From NCBI GenBank assembly GCA_963765765.1, contig CAVXYC010000020.1, positions 672,001 to 736,000 of the forward strand: DNA of 64,000 bases, read 5' to 3'. The notes below the pieces were generated by a model. That model ran no database searches, was not told where the DNA came from, and saw only the letters and a program-made list of their open reading frames with translations. Shown piece by piece: positions 9,605 through 19,453 of this stretch. This DNA comes from an uncultured Chloroflexia bacterium (GTDB taxonomy: Bacteria > Chloroflexota > UBA6077 > JACCZL01). The position numbers and the translations under genes were made by a program. Every line of letters begins with the position of its first letter. Position 1 is the stretch's first letter.

Positions 9605-10806
9605 ATGGCATCTTCATCGCGCTCGCTTTCACTCTGAGCTCGATCTGGGGGCAGGTCCAGCCTAGCGGTCAAATTGACGGCCAGCTCAAGAACGGTACGC
9701 CAGACGGCGCCACTGTATCGGGAAAGACGATCACTCTGGCCAGCTTGCGCGAGTCGGGATGGCAGACGGAGCGGGCGACGACCACGGACACACAGGGGCA
9801 TTTCAGTTTTGCGGGTCTTCCCCTGGATGGGACAACTCTCTATCTGCCCATCGCGGGGCACGAAGGCGCCTGGTACTACCCGGCGCAGCCAGTGAGCTTG
9901 ACCGACTCGCCGGGCGCGCAAGTGGAGATCACTGTCTATGATGCGACCCAGACTGACGCGGCGCTTCGATACGAGCGCTCGGCAATGTTGATCGCCGGCA
10001 TTCAGCCGGCCGCACTCACGGTCATGGAGATGAGCGGACTGTCCAATACCGAACCCAAAACGGTCATCGGAACGGATCCCACTGGCGCCGGCCAGGCTAT
10101 CTCAGCCCGATTCCCCCTTCCAACGGGAGCGATCGGATTTCAGCCACAGCGCGGAATCATCGATTCCCAGCTCATTCCGACGCAGGATGGCATGGGTTTG
10201 ATTTGGCCAATATTTCCGGGCCGTCAAGAGCTGGCGTTCAGTTACCAGCTCCCGTACAACGGCGACAATGTAGCCATCGATAAGGTGTTAGCGTACCCGG
10301 TGGGTACGTTCGCCGTGTATGTGCCTGAGGGTGGCCTGGAGCTTTCCAGCCCCGTACTGCAGCCGCAGGGCGCTACTGAGCTGGGCGGGCGCCGATACCA
10401 GCTCTATACGGCCACGGACCTCAGTCGCGGTGACCGAATCTCAGCTCAGATCACCGGAATCAATGCGGTGATGACTGGACCACAGCCTTCAATAACTGCT
10501 CCGCTCATGGTCGCGTCTGGCGCTACGCTAATGCTGGCCGGCCTGGGCGCGGCCTTCGCCTGGCGGCGACGCGTTGGAAATCGCCATGCGACTTCGGCTC
10601 CCTTAGGTGTGCAGACGGTGGCGTCCGACGAGAGGCAACAGCTCATCCTAGAGATCGCAGCGCTGGATGAGCGCCACGATCAAGACCTTCTGCCGGAGGA
10701 TGCCTATCAAGCCACTCGCGCGGCCCTTATGCGTCGAGTGATGGCGCTCTCTTCGGATCCGACACGGGACGCCGCGCCAAGCGAACAGCCCGTGCGCATA
10801 GCGTGA
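9601..10806 (+). CDS. Secreted, C-terminally anchored protein with carboxypeptidase-regulatory-like (Ig-like) domain
   Basis: Signal peptide; TTTDTQGHFSFAGLP beta-sandwich motif; C-terminal TM followed by a SHOCT-like helix. Confidence 0.7.
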   Translation: MNGIFIALAFTLSSIWGQVQPSGQIDGQLKNGTPDGATVSGKTITLASLRESGWQTERATTTDTQGHFSFAGLPLDGTTLYLPIAGHEGAWYYPAQPVSLTDSPGAQVEITVYDATQTDAALRYERSAMLIAGIQPAALTVMEMSGLSNTEPKTVIGTDPTGAGQAISARFPLPTGAIGFQPQRGIIDSQLIPTQDGMGLIWPIFPGRQELAFSYQLPYNGDNVAIDKVLAYPVGTFAVYVPEGGLELSSPVLQPQGATELGGRRYQLYTATDLSRGDRISAQITGINAVMTGPQPSITAPLMVASGATLMLAGLGAAFAWRRRVGNRHATSAPLGVQTVASDERQQLILEIAALDERHDQDLLPEDAYQATRAALMRRVMALSSDPTRDAAPSEQPVRIA

Positions 10807-11483
10807 CGCCGGCGAAGAGTCCCAACAGTCCACCCGTTATTGTCGCGGAGCAGCTTGGAGTCATCTACGGGGACCAAGTCGCGCTGAGGAACGTTTCGTT
10901 TGAGGCCTACGCCGGCGAGCGCATCATGGTGCAGGGCCACAACGGCGCGGGGAAAAGTACGCTTATTCGCGTCCTCGCCGGGCTGCAGCGTCCGGACCGT
11001 GGCAGCATCGCCATTGGAGGAGGCTCGCCGTACGACCGACACATCCGCCAGCACATCGGAGTCGTGGTCCACAATACATGGCTGGATCCCGACCTGACGG
11101 TGCAGGAGACGCTTCGGTTCTTTGGCGCACTCTACGGACTGCTGGACAACACTCCCCGCCTGGCAGAAGTGTTGAAGAGCGTAGGCATGTCTGACCGACG
11201 CCACCAGCGTGTAGGCGAGCTCTCTCGTGGTTATCAGCAAAGGTTGACTCTGGCTCGCGCCCTCCTACACCAGCCGGCCATTCTGCTTCTGGATGAGCCC
11301 GACACCGGCCTCGATGAAGCGACGCTCGCCACTCTCCGCGACGTCCTCACCACCGACGGAGAGGATCCGACATCTCGAACTGTCGTTATGACAAGTCACA
11401 ATCGGGCATTCGGGGCCGCGATCACGAATCGCACCCTGACCCTCGAAGAAGGCGCCTTGGTGGAGTCGGCAGTAGTACCGTGA
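10803..11483 (+). CDS. ccmA: Heme export ABC ATPase CcmA
   Basis: GHNGAGKST, LSRGYQQR, LLLDEP; directly upstream of ccmB and ccmC. Confidence 0.9.
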   Translation: MTPAKSPNSPPVIVAEQLGVIYGDQVALRNVSFEAYAGERIMVQGHNGAGKSTLIRVLAGLQRPDRGSIAIGGGSPYDRHIRQHIGVVVHNTWLDPDLTVQETLRFFGALYGLLDNTPRLAEVLKSVGMSDRRHQRVGELSRGYQQRLTLARALLHQPAILLLDEPDTGLDEATLATLRDVLTTDGEDPTSRTVVMTSHNRAFGAAITNRTLTLEEGALVESAVVP

Positions 11484-11493
11484 AAGCCCCTGC

Positions 11494-11608
11494 CCCGCTT
11501 TGGGATGCCGCGTGCCGGAGCGCCGCTTTTGATTTGCCGCGATATCTCCGACGCAAGTCGCCGCGAGAACCCAAAGCGGCGCTCCCGCACGCCGCACTCC
11601 AAAGCGGG
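11494..11608. repeat. REP-like long inverted repeat (GCACTCCAAAG family), copy 1
   Basis: CCCGCTTTGGGATGC..GGAGCGCCGCTTT ... AAAGCGGCGCTCC..GCACTCCAAAGCGGG; related copy at 29651-29748. Confidence 0.75.
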
Positions 11609-11634
11609 CCTGGTCCCTCCGTCAACGAAGCTTT

Positions 11635-12306
11635 ATGACAAATTTCCTCCACACCCTGCAGGTCATCGTCTGGAAGGACTTGCTACTGGAGCTGCGTGGA
11701 CGGCAGGTATTCTCGACGACGTTTACGTTTGCGCTACTGGTGCTCGTGGTCTTCAACTTTGCGCTCGACGTGCGCGCGGACCTTGCGCCCACGCTCGCCC
11801 CTGGCGTGCTCTGGGTGGCCATCGTCTTCGCCGGTATGCTGAGCATCGGCAGATCGTTTGCCCGCGAAGTCGATCGGGCTACGATCGACGCCCTCCGCGC
11901 AAGCCCGGTAGATCGCTCGGCCATCTTGCTGGGCAAGCTTTTCGGCAATCTCATCGTCATGACAGCAGTTGAGCTGATCACGGTGCCGGCGTTTGTCCTA
12001 CTCTTCAACGTGAATCCACGTTGGCCCGAGCTCATTGTGACGGTTGCCCTGGGCACGATTGGGTACGTTACCGTCAGTACGCTATTCGCGGCCATCGCCG
12101 TCCAGTCGCGGGCTCGGGAAGTGATGCTGCCGCTCCTCAGCCTACCCATCCTCGTTCCGGTCGTCATCGGCAGCTCCAAGGCTACGGCTCAAGCACTGGG
12201 TCCCACACCGATGGACGACGTTCCCTGGCTGACGCTCATTGCAGTATTCGATGTGATCTTTCTTGCCATTGCGGTCGCGATTTTCGATTATGTATTCGAT
12301 GCCTGA
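11635..12306 (+). CDS. ccmB: Heme exporter permease CcmB
   Basis: WKDLLLELR, GVLWVAIVFAG, REVMLPLLSLPILVPVVI. Confidence 0.93.
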   Translation: MTNFLHTLQVIVWKDLLLELRGRQVFSTTFTFALLVLVVFNFALDVRADLAPTLAPGVLWVAIVFAGMLSIGRSFAREVDRATIDALRASPVDRSAILLGKLFGNLIVMTAVELITVPAFVLLFNVNPRWPELIVTVALGTIGYVTVSTLFAAIAVQSRAREVMLPLLSLPILVPVVIGSSKATAQALGPTPMDDVPWLTLIAVFDVIFLAIAVAIFDYVFDA

Positions 12307-13006
12307 CACAATCCGCGGCGTCCAGAGCCTCGAAAAGCGTTTGGGAGTTATTACCGCGGTGGTGATGGGGCTGGCTCTTCTAGCTGCCTTTTTCTACGCT
12401 CCCATGGAGCGGACGCAAGGAAACGTACAGCGCATTTTTTACATTCACTTGCCGATCATCTGGCTGGCGTATCTGGCGTTCTTCGTAGTCTTCGTGAGCA
12501 GCGGCCTGTATCTCTGGAAACAGCGCGAGTTTTTCGATCACGTCGCCCATGCCTCGGCAGAGATAGGGTTCCTATTCACATCACTAGTCCTGGTCACTGG
12601 CTCTCTCTGGGCACGACCGATCTGGGGTACCTGGTGGAGCTGGGATGCGCGTCTCACGACGACGCTTATCCTGTGGTTTATCTACGGAGCGTACCTGACA
12701 CTCCGAGGCGTAATGACCGACGATAGGCAAGCTGCTCGTTACGCGGCCGTGCTTGGCATCGTGGGTTTTATCGACGTTCCTATCATTCACCAATCCGTGG
12801 TCTGGTGGCGGACGCTCCATCCACAGACTGTTGTGCTGGCCGAAGGCGGGCCCGCGATGCCGCCAGCCATGCTTCAGACGCTGGCTCTTTCGCTGGCCGC
12901 ATTCTCGCTACTGTACGCGTGGCTCATGCTGAAACGGGTCCGACTGGAGCACATGCGAGCAAGACGACATCGCCTGCACCTAGAGCAAGCGTTCGGTCGA
13001 GCCTGA
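12299..13006 (+). CDS. ccmC: Heme exporter / cytochrome c assembly protein CcmC
   Basis: RIFYIHLP, GSLWARPIWGTWWSWDARLT (WWD domain), WWRTLHP. Confidence 0.95.
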   Translation: MPDTIRGVQSLEKRLGVITAVVMGLALLAAFFYAPMERTQGNVQRIFYIHLPIIWLAYLAFFVVFVSSGLYLWKQREFFDHVAHASAEIGFLFTSLVLVTGSLWARPIWGTWWSWDARLTTTLILWFIYGAYLTLRGVMTDDRQAARYAAVLGIVGFIDVPIIHQSVVWWRTLHPQTVVLAEGGPAMPPAMLQTLALSLAAFSLLYAWLMLKRVRLEHMRARRHRLHLEQAFGRA

Positions 13007-13012
13007 TTCCCC

Positions 13013-13156
13013 ATGGACCAGTGGATGTTCGCCGTCGCGGCATTTGGGATCACAGCGGTCTCGATCGGCAGCTACATCATCATTCTGCGAGCGCGGCTGC
13101 AGGCCGCGGAGACTGATGCCGGCAGCGGTAGTCCTTCTTCGGAAGGCTCTGACTAA
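13013..13156 (+). CDS. ccmD: CcmD-like small membrane protein (47 aa, below the ORF-track cutoff)
   Basis: MDQWMFAVAAFGITAVSIGSYIIILRARLQ...: one TM followed by basic residues, directly after ccmC. Confidence 0.7.
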   Translation: MDQWMFAVAAFGITAVSIGSYIIILRARLQAAETDAGSGSPSSEGSD

Positions 13157-13504
13157 GCACAGGGCCGCTTCAGCAAGCGGCCCTTCAGCAGCCGCCGTCA
13201 AACGTACCTGTTGCTATCCGCTCGCCGATTTTTTCGCCGGTCGCTGTATTTGCCCTCCGTTTCCTTGTCATCCTGAGATGCTCCATGCGCTCGAGCGCAC
13301 CGACACGCCATGAACCGCGGCGGCAATTGCAGCCATCCAGGTGCAGTGTCATCCCGAGGCACGAGGGATCTACCGGACGTCGGAGGGGGCGGATTGGCCA
13401 GGTATTCGTGGAGCGCTTCCGTCTGTTGCCTGGCGCGGCCGATCTGCCGTGGCGCAATCAGGTAGCGAACCGCGGGCGCACAGACTGGATGGCGGGACGT
13501 CATC

Positions 13505-13849
13505 TCAGCGAAGAACCGGAGCGACGTGTGCCCGTCGATCGAGTGTCCGCTCCGCACCATCCTTGGGCCGCGCCAGCGGCCCGCTCAGGAAATCCCGATT
13601 GACGGAGAACCCGCGTGGGCGCTGCCACTCAAATGGGTGCTCAGTCCACCGGTCGTAGGCAACGCAGAAGGCGCGAATTTCGCCGCTCTGCATCTCACCA
13701 TCATCGCTCAGCGTCCGTACGATGACGGGCGGCAGCCCTACCGCCTTGTTGAACCTGGTGGTGTCAGCGATAAAGGGCCAGGGTCCGTCCGGAGTCGCTG
13801 CAAACCGAACATTAAGCTCACTAACGATCGCTTGCGGTCCGGACAACAA
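13505..13849 (-). pseudogene. Remnant of the N-terminal SRPBCC-like domain of a DUF5939-type adenylate/guanylate cyclase
   Basis: WPFIADTTRFNKAVGLPPV and WTEHPFEWQRPRGFSVNRDFLSGPL resemble that family as recalled; no cyclase domain follows. Confidence 0.5.
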
Positions 13850-13937
13850 GAACTCTCGATGTGCCTGGGCAACCGGGAGTCTAGCACGGCAAATTGCACG
13901 GGTCTGCGAATTCCCGGGTATTGCGTTTCGCGTCGGA

Positions 13938-14159
13938 TTACGTGGGAGACCAGCTCACTCGCTCGTGCTCGTCGCCACGATTTCGACGCTTCCAGGCAAT
14001 CAGACAGGAGCGACAGAGGACGCCAGAGCCGTCAGGCGCCGGAATCGGAAACTCGTCCTCATGCCCGGCGCCGATAAAGATCTCACAGTCTCGACATTTG
14101 AGCGTCGCGTTGTACTGCGAGACCGGGAGCGGATATGTGCGAATGAGCCTGTGGGCCAC
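13938..14159 (-). CDS. Small putative Zn-binding protein (CxxC...CxxC)
   Basis: CRDCEIFIGAGH...LCRSC. Confidence 0.5.
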   Translation of the reverse strand: MAHRLIRTYPLPVSQYNATLKCRDCEIFIGAGHEDEFPIPAPDGSGVLCRSCLIAWKRRNRGDEHERVSWSPT

Positions 14160-14331
14160 CTCAGGTCCCTCCTACAAATCCCTGGAGCAAAGCGATACCG
14201 CATGCGATACCGAGAATGATGATTGTGACATCAAGCATGCGAGCCTCCTCAGCACGATCGGTGAGCTCAAATTCTAAAATTGAGCACGGCCGTGCTGGGC
14301 AATTGCCAATTACAATCACGTCACGTACCGG

Positions 14332-14583
14332 CTATTTCTGTCTGAGGTAGTACGTGGCGCCCATGATTGAGCCGACGCCAATCGACCCAACGAGCCAGAG
14401 ACCGGTTGAAATCGGTTGCACATCCCGCCCCGTCTGCGATGCCATTCCGAGCATCGATCCAAGCACTGGAGCAAAACCGACGCCAATGCCGAGAAGAGTC
14501 CCCAGCGTGGCGCCGACCGCTCCCCGGGCGAGCGCCTCGACTCCGGAATCCAGCTTGTAGTTCAGCGATTCATCCCGCCGCAC
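14332..14583 (-). CDS. Small two-TM glycine-rich membrane protein
   Basis: GGAGG RBS before GTG at 14583; GxxxG-rich hydrophobic segments. Confidence 0.55.
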   Translation of the reverse strand: MRRDESLNYKLDSGVEALARGAVGATLGTLLGIGVGFAPVLGSMLGMASQTGRDVQPISTGLWLVGSIGVGSIMGATYYLRQK

Positions 14584-14712
14584 TGTAGACACCTCCCATA
14601 AACAGGCATGCGCCACGAGCGTTCGTGGCGCGTTCAACAGTCTCATCCGTCCCGCGTCACGCCTCGATTACACGAAGAGTGAATTCCGTCTCAATGAGGT
14701 AACAGGCATCTT

Positions 14713-14837
14713 TTAGGGGTTAGGGGTTAGGGCTGAGATGCGACATGCGACATGCGATGCGAATTCGCCATTCTCAATTCTGCATTCTCATTCGTCCTCC
14801 AGCGCCCTCTAGCCCCTAATCCCTACCCCTTACCCCT
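14713..14837. repeat. Cluster of heptamer tandem repeats (STRR-like)
   Basis: (TTAGGGG)x~3, (ATGCGAC)x~3, (CATTCTC)-like x3, (TACCCCT)-like x4. Confidence 0.8.
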
Positions 14838-14884
14838 TTCTCATATACTCGCAGTAGGGGCATAAGCAGCACTCGGAGTAACTG

Positions 14885-15918
14885 ATGGACGATACGGACC
14901 GACTGATCCTCAATCACATTCAATCCGACTTCCCGCTGGTCGACCGACCCTATGCACGGCTTGCCACCGTGTTGGACAGCACGGAAGACGAGGTGGTGGG
15001 GCGCGTACGCGCGCTGCGTGAGGATCGAATCATTCGTCAGATCAGTGGGATCTTTGACACCCGCGCGCTCGGATACAAATCCAGCCTTGTCGCGGCACGG
15101 TATCCCGAGGGGCGGATCCATGAAGGTGCTCAGATCATCAACGAGCACCCGGGGGTGACCCACAACTACGAGCGCAACCATGAGTACAACCTCTGGTACA
15201 CGATCGCGGTCCCGCCGACCAGCGACCTCGAAGGAACCATTCAGCGCCTTCACGAGCTATCCGGTTCGGAATCGACGCGCGTCATGTACACGCTCAAGCT
15301 CTTCAAGATTGGCGTGAACCTGGACCTCACGGGGAACCGTGCGCCCACCGCCACCTCCAAACCCGAGTACAGTGAGCACGAGCGCAACCGTGCTTCAGGC
15401 TTCGCCCTCTCGCAGCGCGACATGGAAGTCATCCGCGAGATTCAGGAAGACCTCTCCCTTGACCTCGAGCCGTTCGCCGGCATGGCCGAGCGCATTGGCA
15501 TCAGCCAGCCAGAGCTCTTTGAGTCGGCCGCCAGCCTCCAGGAGCGCGGTTTCCTGCGCCGTTTCGCGGCCATTCTCTATCACCGCCGCGCCGGCTTCCG
15601 TTCCAACGCCATGGGCGTGTGGGCCGTACCCGAAGAAAAGATCGCCGAGATCGGCCCACGGATGGCGTCGTTCTCAGCCGTCAGTCACTGCTACCAGCGG
15701 CCCACCTACCCCGACTGGCCCTACAGTGTATTCACTATGGTCCACGGTCACTCCGACGAAGAATGCGAAGAGCTCCTCGCCGCCATCAAAGAAGGCACAG
15801 GAATCCCGGATTACCGCTCCCTGTATTCCACCCGTGAGTACAAGAAGACAAGAGTCCGCTATTTCACGCCCGAGATGCGGAGTGGGAAGCGAAATACATC
15901 GCTGTCCCCGTTAGTTAA
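14885..15918 (+). CDS. ahbAB: Fused siroheme decarboxylase AhbA/AhbB (NirDL-NirGH-like); frameshift near 15878
   Basis: Two Lrp-like repeats: IQSDFPLVDRPY..VTHNYERNHEYNLWYT and VSHCYQRPTYPDWPYSVFTMVHG..LYSTREYKKT; a one-base correction gives EMAEWEAKYIAVPVS*. Confidence 0.9.
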
Positions 15919-16019
15919 CGGCACTCGGCCCGCGGACATGAGCGGGTTCCCGAGCGTCCTGTTTCGAGCAGGACGCTCGGGAACCTGTTTCTCTGGCCGA
16001 CACCACATCGGACCAAACG

Positions 16020-16725
16020 CGATGTCAGCATCGCGGTTTCGAGCGCGAATCCCAACGAATACATCACACGCACCGTGCCTTATCCGACGCCGCTGCCACC
16101 ACCGCAGCAAGCGATCACGGAGGTGCTGAACGAGTCGAGGGCAGCGGCATCGGCGAGCACACAACTCGTTGGTATCCGAAGTAGAGCCCTCGCCTGGATG
16201 CACATGTTCGTGTCGCAGAACTACCACGAGCGAGTGTTTAGCGGCCTAGCAGAAAGCATTTTCGAGCGCTACAAACTCGCCGTCGACACACTGCTAGCTC
16301 AACGCACTGGGGACGTTTTGCAAAAGATCCCCGTGATCTACGGCCGTTTGTCCGAAGGCGACCCCGAGGCGATCCGTCATGCGCTGAGAACGTGCCGACG
16401 GATGATCGATTCGTTCGCCGATGCGATGTTCCCGCCCAAAGGTGGGGAGATGGAGGTAGCAGGCGAAAACTTCCGCACCGGTGCGCGAGACACGAAGGAT
16501 CGTCTTAGGGCCTACATTAAGCAACAGTCCACAAGCTCCTCGCGGGAAGAGAAACTCCAACGAACTCTCGGGGGACCTTTATGAGCGGGTGAGCACCGGC
16601 GTACATCAAGATGTAACGCCACCGAGGCCCAAGCCCTGTTTCTTGAGACTTACATGTTGCTCAGCGAGATCTTGGACTTTGCCCCACCGCCGACGGTGGA
16701 ACCGGCAACAGTTGCGGGAGCATGA
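16020..16725 (+). pseudogene. Truncated and frameshifted AbiTii-associated (abortive infection-like) protein
   Basis: ESIFERYK, LRTCRRMIDSFADA.FPP, DLYERVSTGVHQDV, LFLETYMLLSEIL spread over several frames; N-terminus missing. Confidence 0.5.
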
Positions 16726-16953
16726 TGGAGCACAGATGCGTGGTGCTGAGCCCGTGCGTTCGGCACAATGGGTAGCGGCTCCAGCCTGGGCAGGTGGTGC
16801 CCGTCAGTCGCGTCCGCGATATCGCCGATCTCAGGCACCTGCAGCGCGATGGGAAGGTTGAGCTGCTCGACGCAGACATCGGAGACCACGGCCGCCTTTG
16901 CGGAACGCACTGGTTGGACCGGGATCTACTACAAGCGCACGCGCTCGGCGCAA

Positions 16954-17005
16954 CCCACGCGATCCCACTATGGCGCAATGAGTGCGAGGAGGCGTCGCAT
17001 GGCAT
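16954..17005 (+). repeat. 52-bp direct repeat, copy 1
   Basis: 47/52 identical to 24884-24935. Confidence 0.85.
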
Positions 17006-17105
17006 TAAAGGGCCCGGCGTCCAAGGGATTGCGATGTGACTGGCGTGGACGAAACCGCCCCGTCGATGCGTTCATAGGGCTTGCTTCGTATCCCATGAAC
17101 GAGGT

Positions 17106-19275
17106 TCACGGGAACGCGGTGATGGCTTCGAGATGTGCGTCGATCTCTGAGCGCGTGCGCCAGACGGGGCGCATCTCCTTGTGAGCAAGCAGAGCGAGCT
17201 GGTCGCCGTTATGCGGCGATCCTGTCTGTGTAGCATTGCCGTAGGCAGTCAGGGATTTCGCCCGAGCACCTTGCGGAGTGAACTCCACCGCGGATACATA
17301 CGTGACCCCGAAGACCGACTCCATGAGGCCGTCTCCGCTCGGGGCGTAGTCGATGACGGAGAAGACTCCCAGTGGATCACCCGGAGCACTATTCCCCGGT
17401 AAATCGACTCCGTTGCGCCGCAGGCGGTTGACATCGCCCCAGGCAACTTCTATGTCGCCGAACTGGGTCTCGACCGTGTCAGCCACGGCCTCCAGCACCG
17501 CCACCGCTGCCACCGGGTCGGCTAGGCCGAGCGGCGTGCTGCTGGGTCGATCCGGGTCCCAGATGGTGACAAATGTGCCTGGCGTCTCCAAACCATCTGG
17601 CAACGCCTCACGAGCCCACTGGACGAACAGCACTGCCCCACGACTGTCAGCATCCGCGGCGCGGTCCCACTCCTGGAGCACTTCAGCGGCGCGGACGGCA
17701 CGCTGACGACCGGAGCCCCGAGCCGCGGATATCAGATCGTCGAGTACGCGGTCAGCTAATGCCATGTGGGTGGAAAAGCTCGCCCCTACCAGTTCATCAA
17801 GCGAAATCCGCTCGTCCAGAGCAAGCATCTCAATGGCGCGCTGTTCGCGCATGAGGGCTGGCACCGACACATCCGGCGCCATGTAGGACGGGAAGTATTC
17901 GGCGCCTACTGGCGATGGGACGCTCGTGTACCACGGTTGACTATTGGAATTCTGGACCCACCCGCTGGCCGGGTCCAGAACTCGCGGAAGGTCATCATAC
18001 GAGTGAGTTTCGGACCACAACGTCGCTGAGGTATCACCGGGTATAGTCGCCTGCCAGGTAGCAAAGTTGCCGAACGGTCGCACAGGCACGCGGCCGCCGA
18101 AGAGACTCAAGACGTGACCGTCGCGGTCGGCATACATCACCGTGAACATGGGCAGCTGCAATCGCCGCAGCACCGCCTCGAATTCGGCCAGGCTGCGAGC
18201 CCTGCCCATGTCCCACCACTGCTGAAGCCCCCCGTGCTGACTGAGGCCCACCTGACGCACTGCGAGGGTGGCACCATCCGCGGTTGCGATCACCGGCCCC
18301 TGGACCGAGCGGCGGATCAGGAGCGGCTCTTCATGGACCGCGCCGTCATCCTGCCTCACCCGAATCGTCTGCTGCTCGGTCTCGAAGGCGCGCACCTCGC
18401 CATCCAATCGGTACCCGTTATCGGTCAGCGCGAGCGCGTAGGTGTCAAAGCCATCGATCGTATTGACTGTATGCGTCCAACCGAGCGAGTCGTTGAACGC
18501 GAACACCAGGACGGGCAAGCCGATGATGGTTGCGCCGTAGTTGTCTATGCCCTCGCTCTGAATAGCGAGCTGCGCCTCATAGAGCAACACCAGGTCCACG
18601 TCCCATGCGATATGGGGGTTGGTGAGCAGCAGCGCGTTGCGGTTTTCCGTGTGCCCGGGCGCAACGGCCCAGGCGTTGGAGCCCGGCTCCATTCCAACCG
18701 GCAGCCAGCCTTCGCCCCACTGAGGGTTGCGGTCCCCCGTTAAGGCCAGGAACGTGAAGAACACGCGGTGCATATGACCCACCATGTCCGCGCCGTCGAC
18801 CGGGCAGTACCGCCTCCACATCGTCCGCGATCAGATCGGGATGCTCGCGCGCGTAGGCGTTGACCCCGTCCGCAAACGCGTCCAGGTGACCGCGAAACTG
18901 GGGTGTTTGCGCGGCGTACCCTTCGCGACCGGCCTCCGGAAGACCCACGGTTCGGAAAAAGCGGTCTGACGTGAGGTACTCATCGCCCCAGTACTCGGCC
19001 GCGCGCCCGCGAGCAATGCCATACAGGCGGAGGATCTTATCTCCGTGGCTGTGCATCTGCGCATAACCGTACGCGTAGAAGAGGCTGTCCGTATCGTCGG
19101 CAAAGATGTGCGGAACGCCCCAGGTATCCCACAGGATCTCGGAATGAGCATTTAAGAGTGAGACCGGGACCGTTGGTGAAGAATACGCCTCCTGCGCCGA
19201 GACGGGCAGGATTCCGAGCGCGAGAGTGACCAGTCCAACGATGAAGTACGTGCGCGGGATTGAATGTCGCCGCAT
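17106..19275 (-). CDS. Penicillin/AHL acylase family Ntn-hydrolase (peptidase S45), frameshift near 18801
   Basis: Signal peptide; EILWDTWGVPHIFA; beta-subunit start G-SNAWAVAP...LLLTNPH; YADRDG; QNSNS. Confidence 0.92.
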
Positions 19276-19453
19276 CTGGAATGCTCCCTATTCTCTTTGT
19301 TGGTCGTAACTCGAGATCTGCCGCCTTGCGGAGCATGGTGGGTGACACATCGGTACCGGACCGCCGCATACTGAGCGCCTGCCCCGCACGTTGCCGCCCG
19401 GACTTTGCACAGCGCTGTTGGGACGAGTGGGTCCGTCAGTCCGATGTCGAAAT

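Noticed and set aside
14713-14733. Eukaryotic telomere contamination or G-quadruplex
   Set aside because: Only three G-runs with a 7-bp unit, embedded among other heptamers in bacterial intergenic DNA
15880-16129. Long C-terminal extension on AhbAB
   Set aside because: A one-base indel near 15878 restores a normal end at 15918
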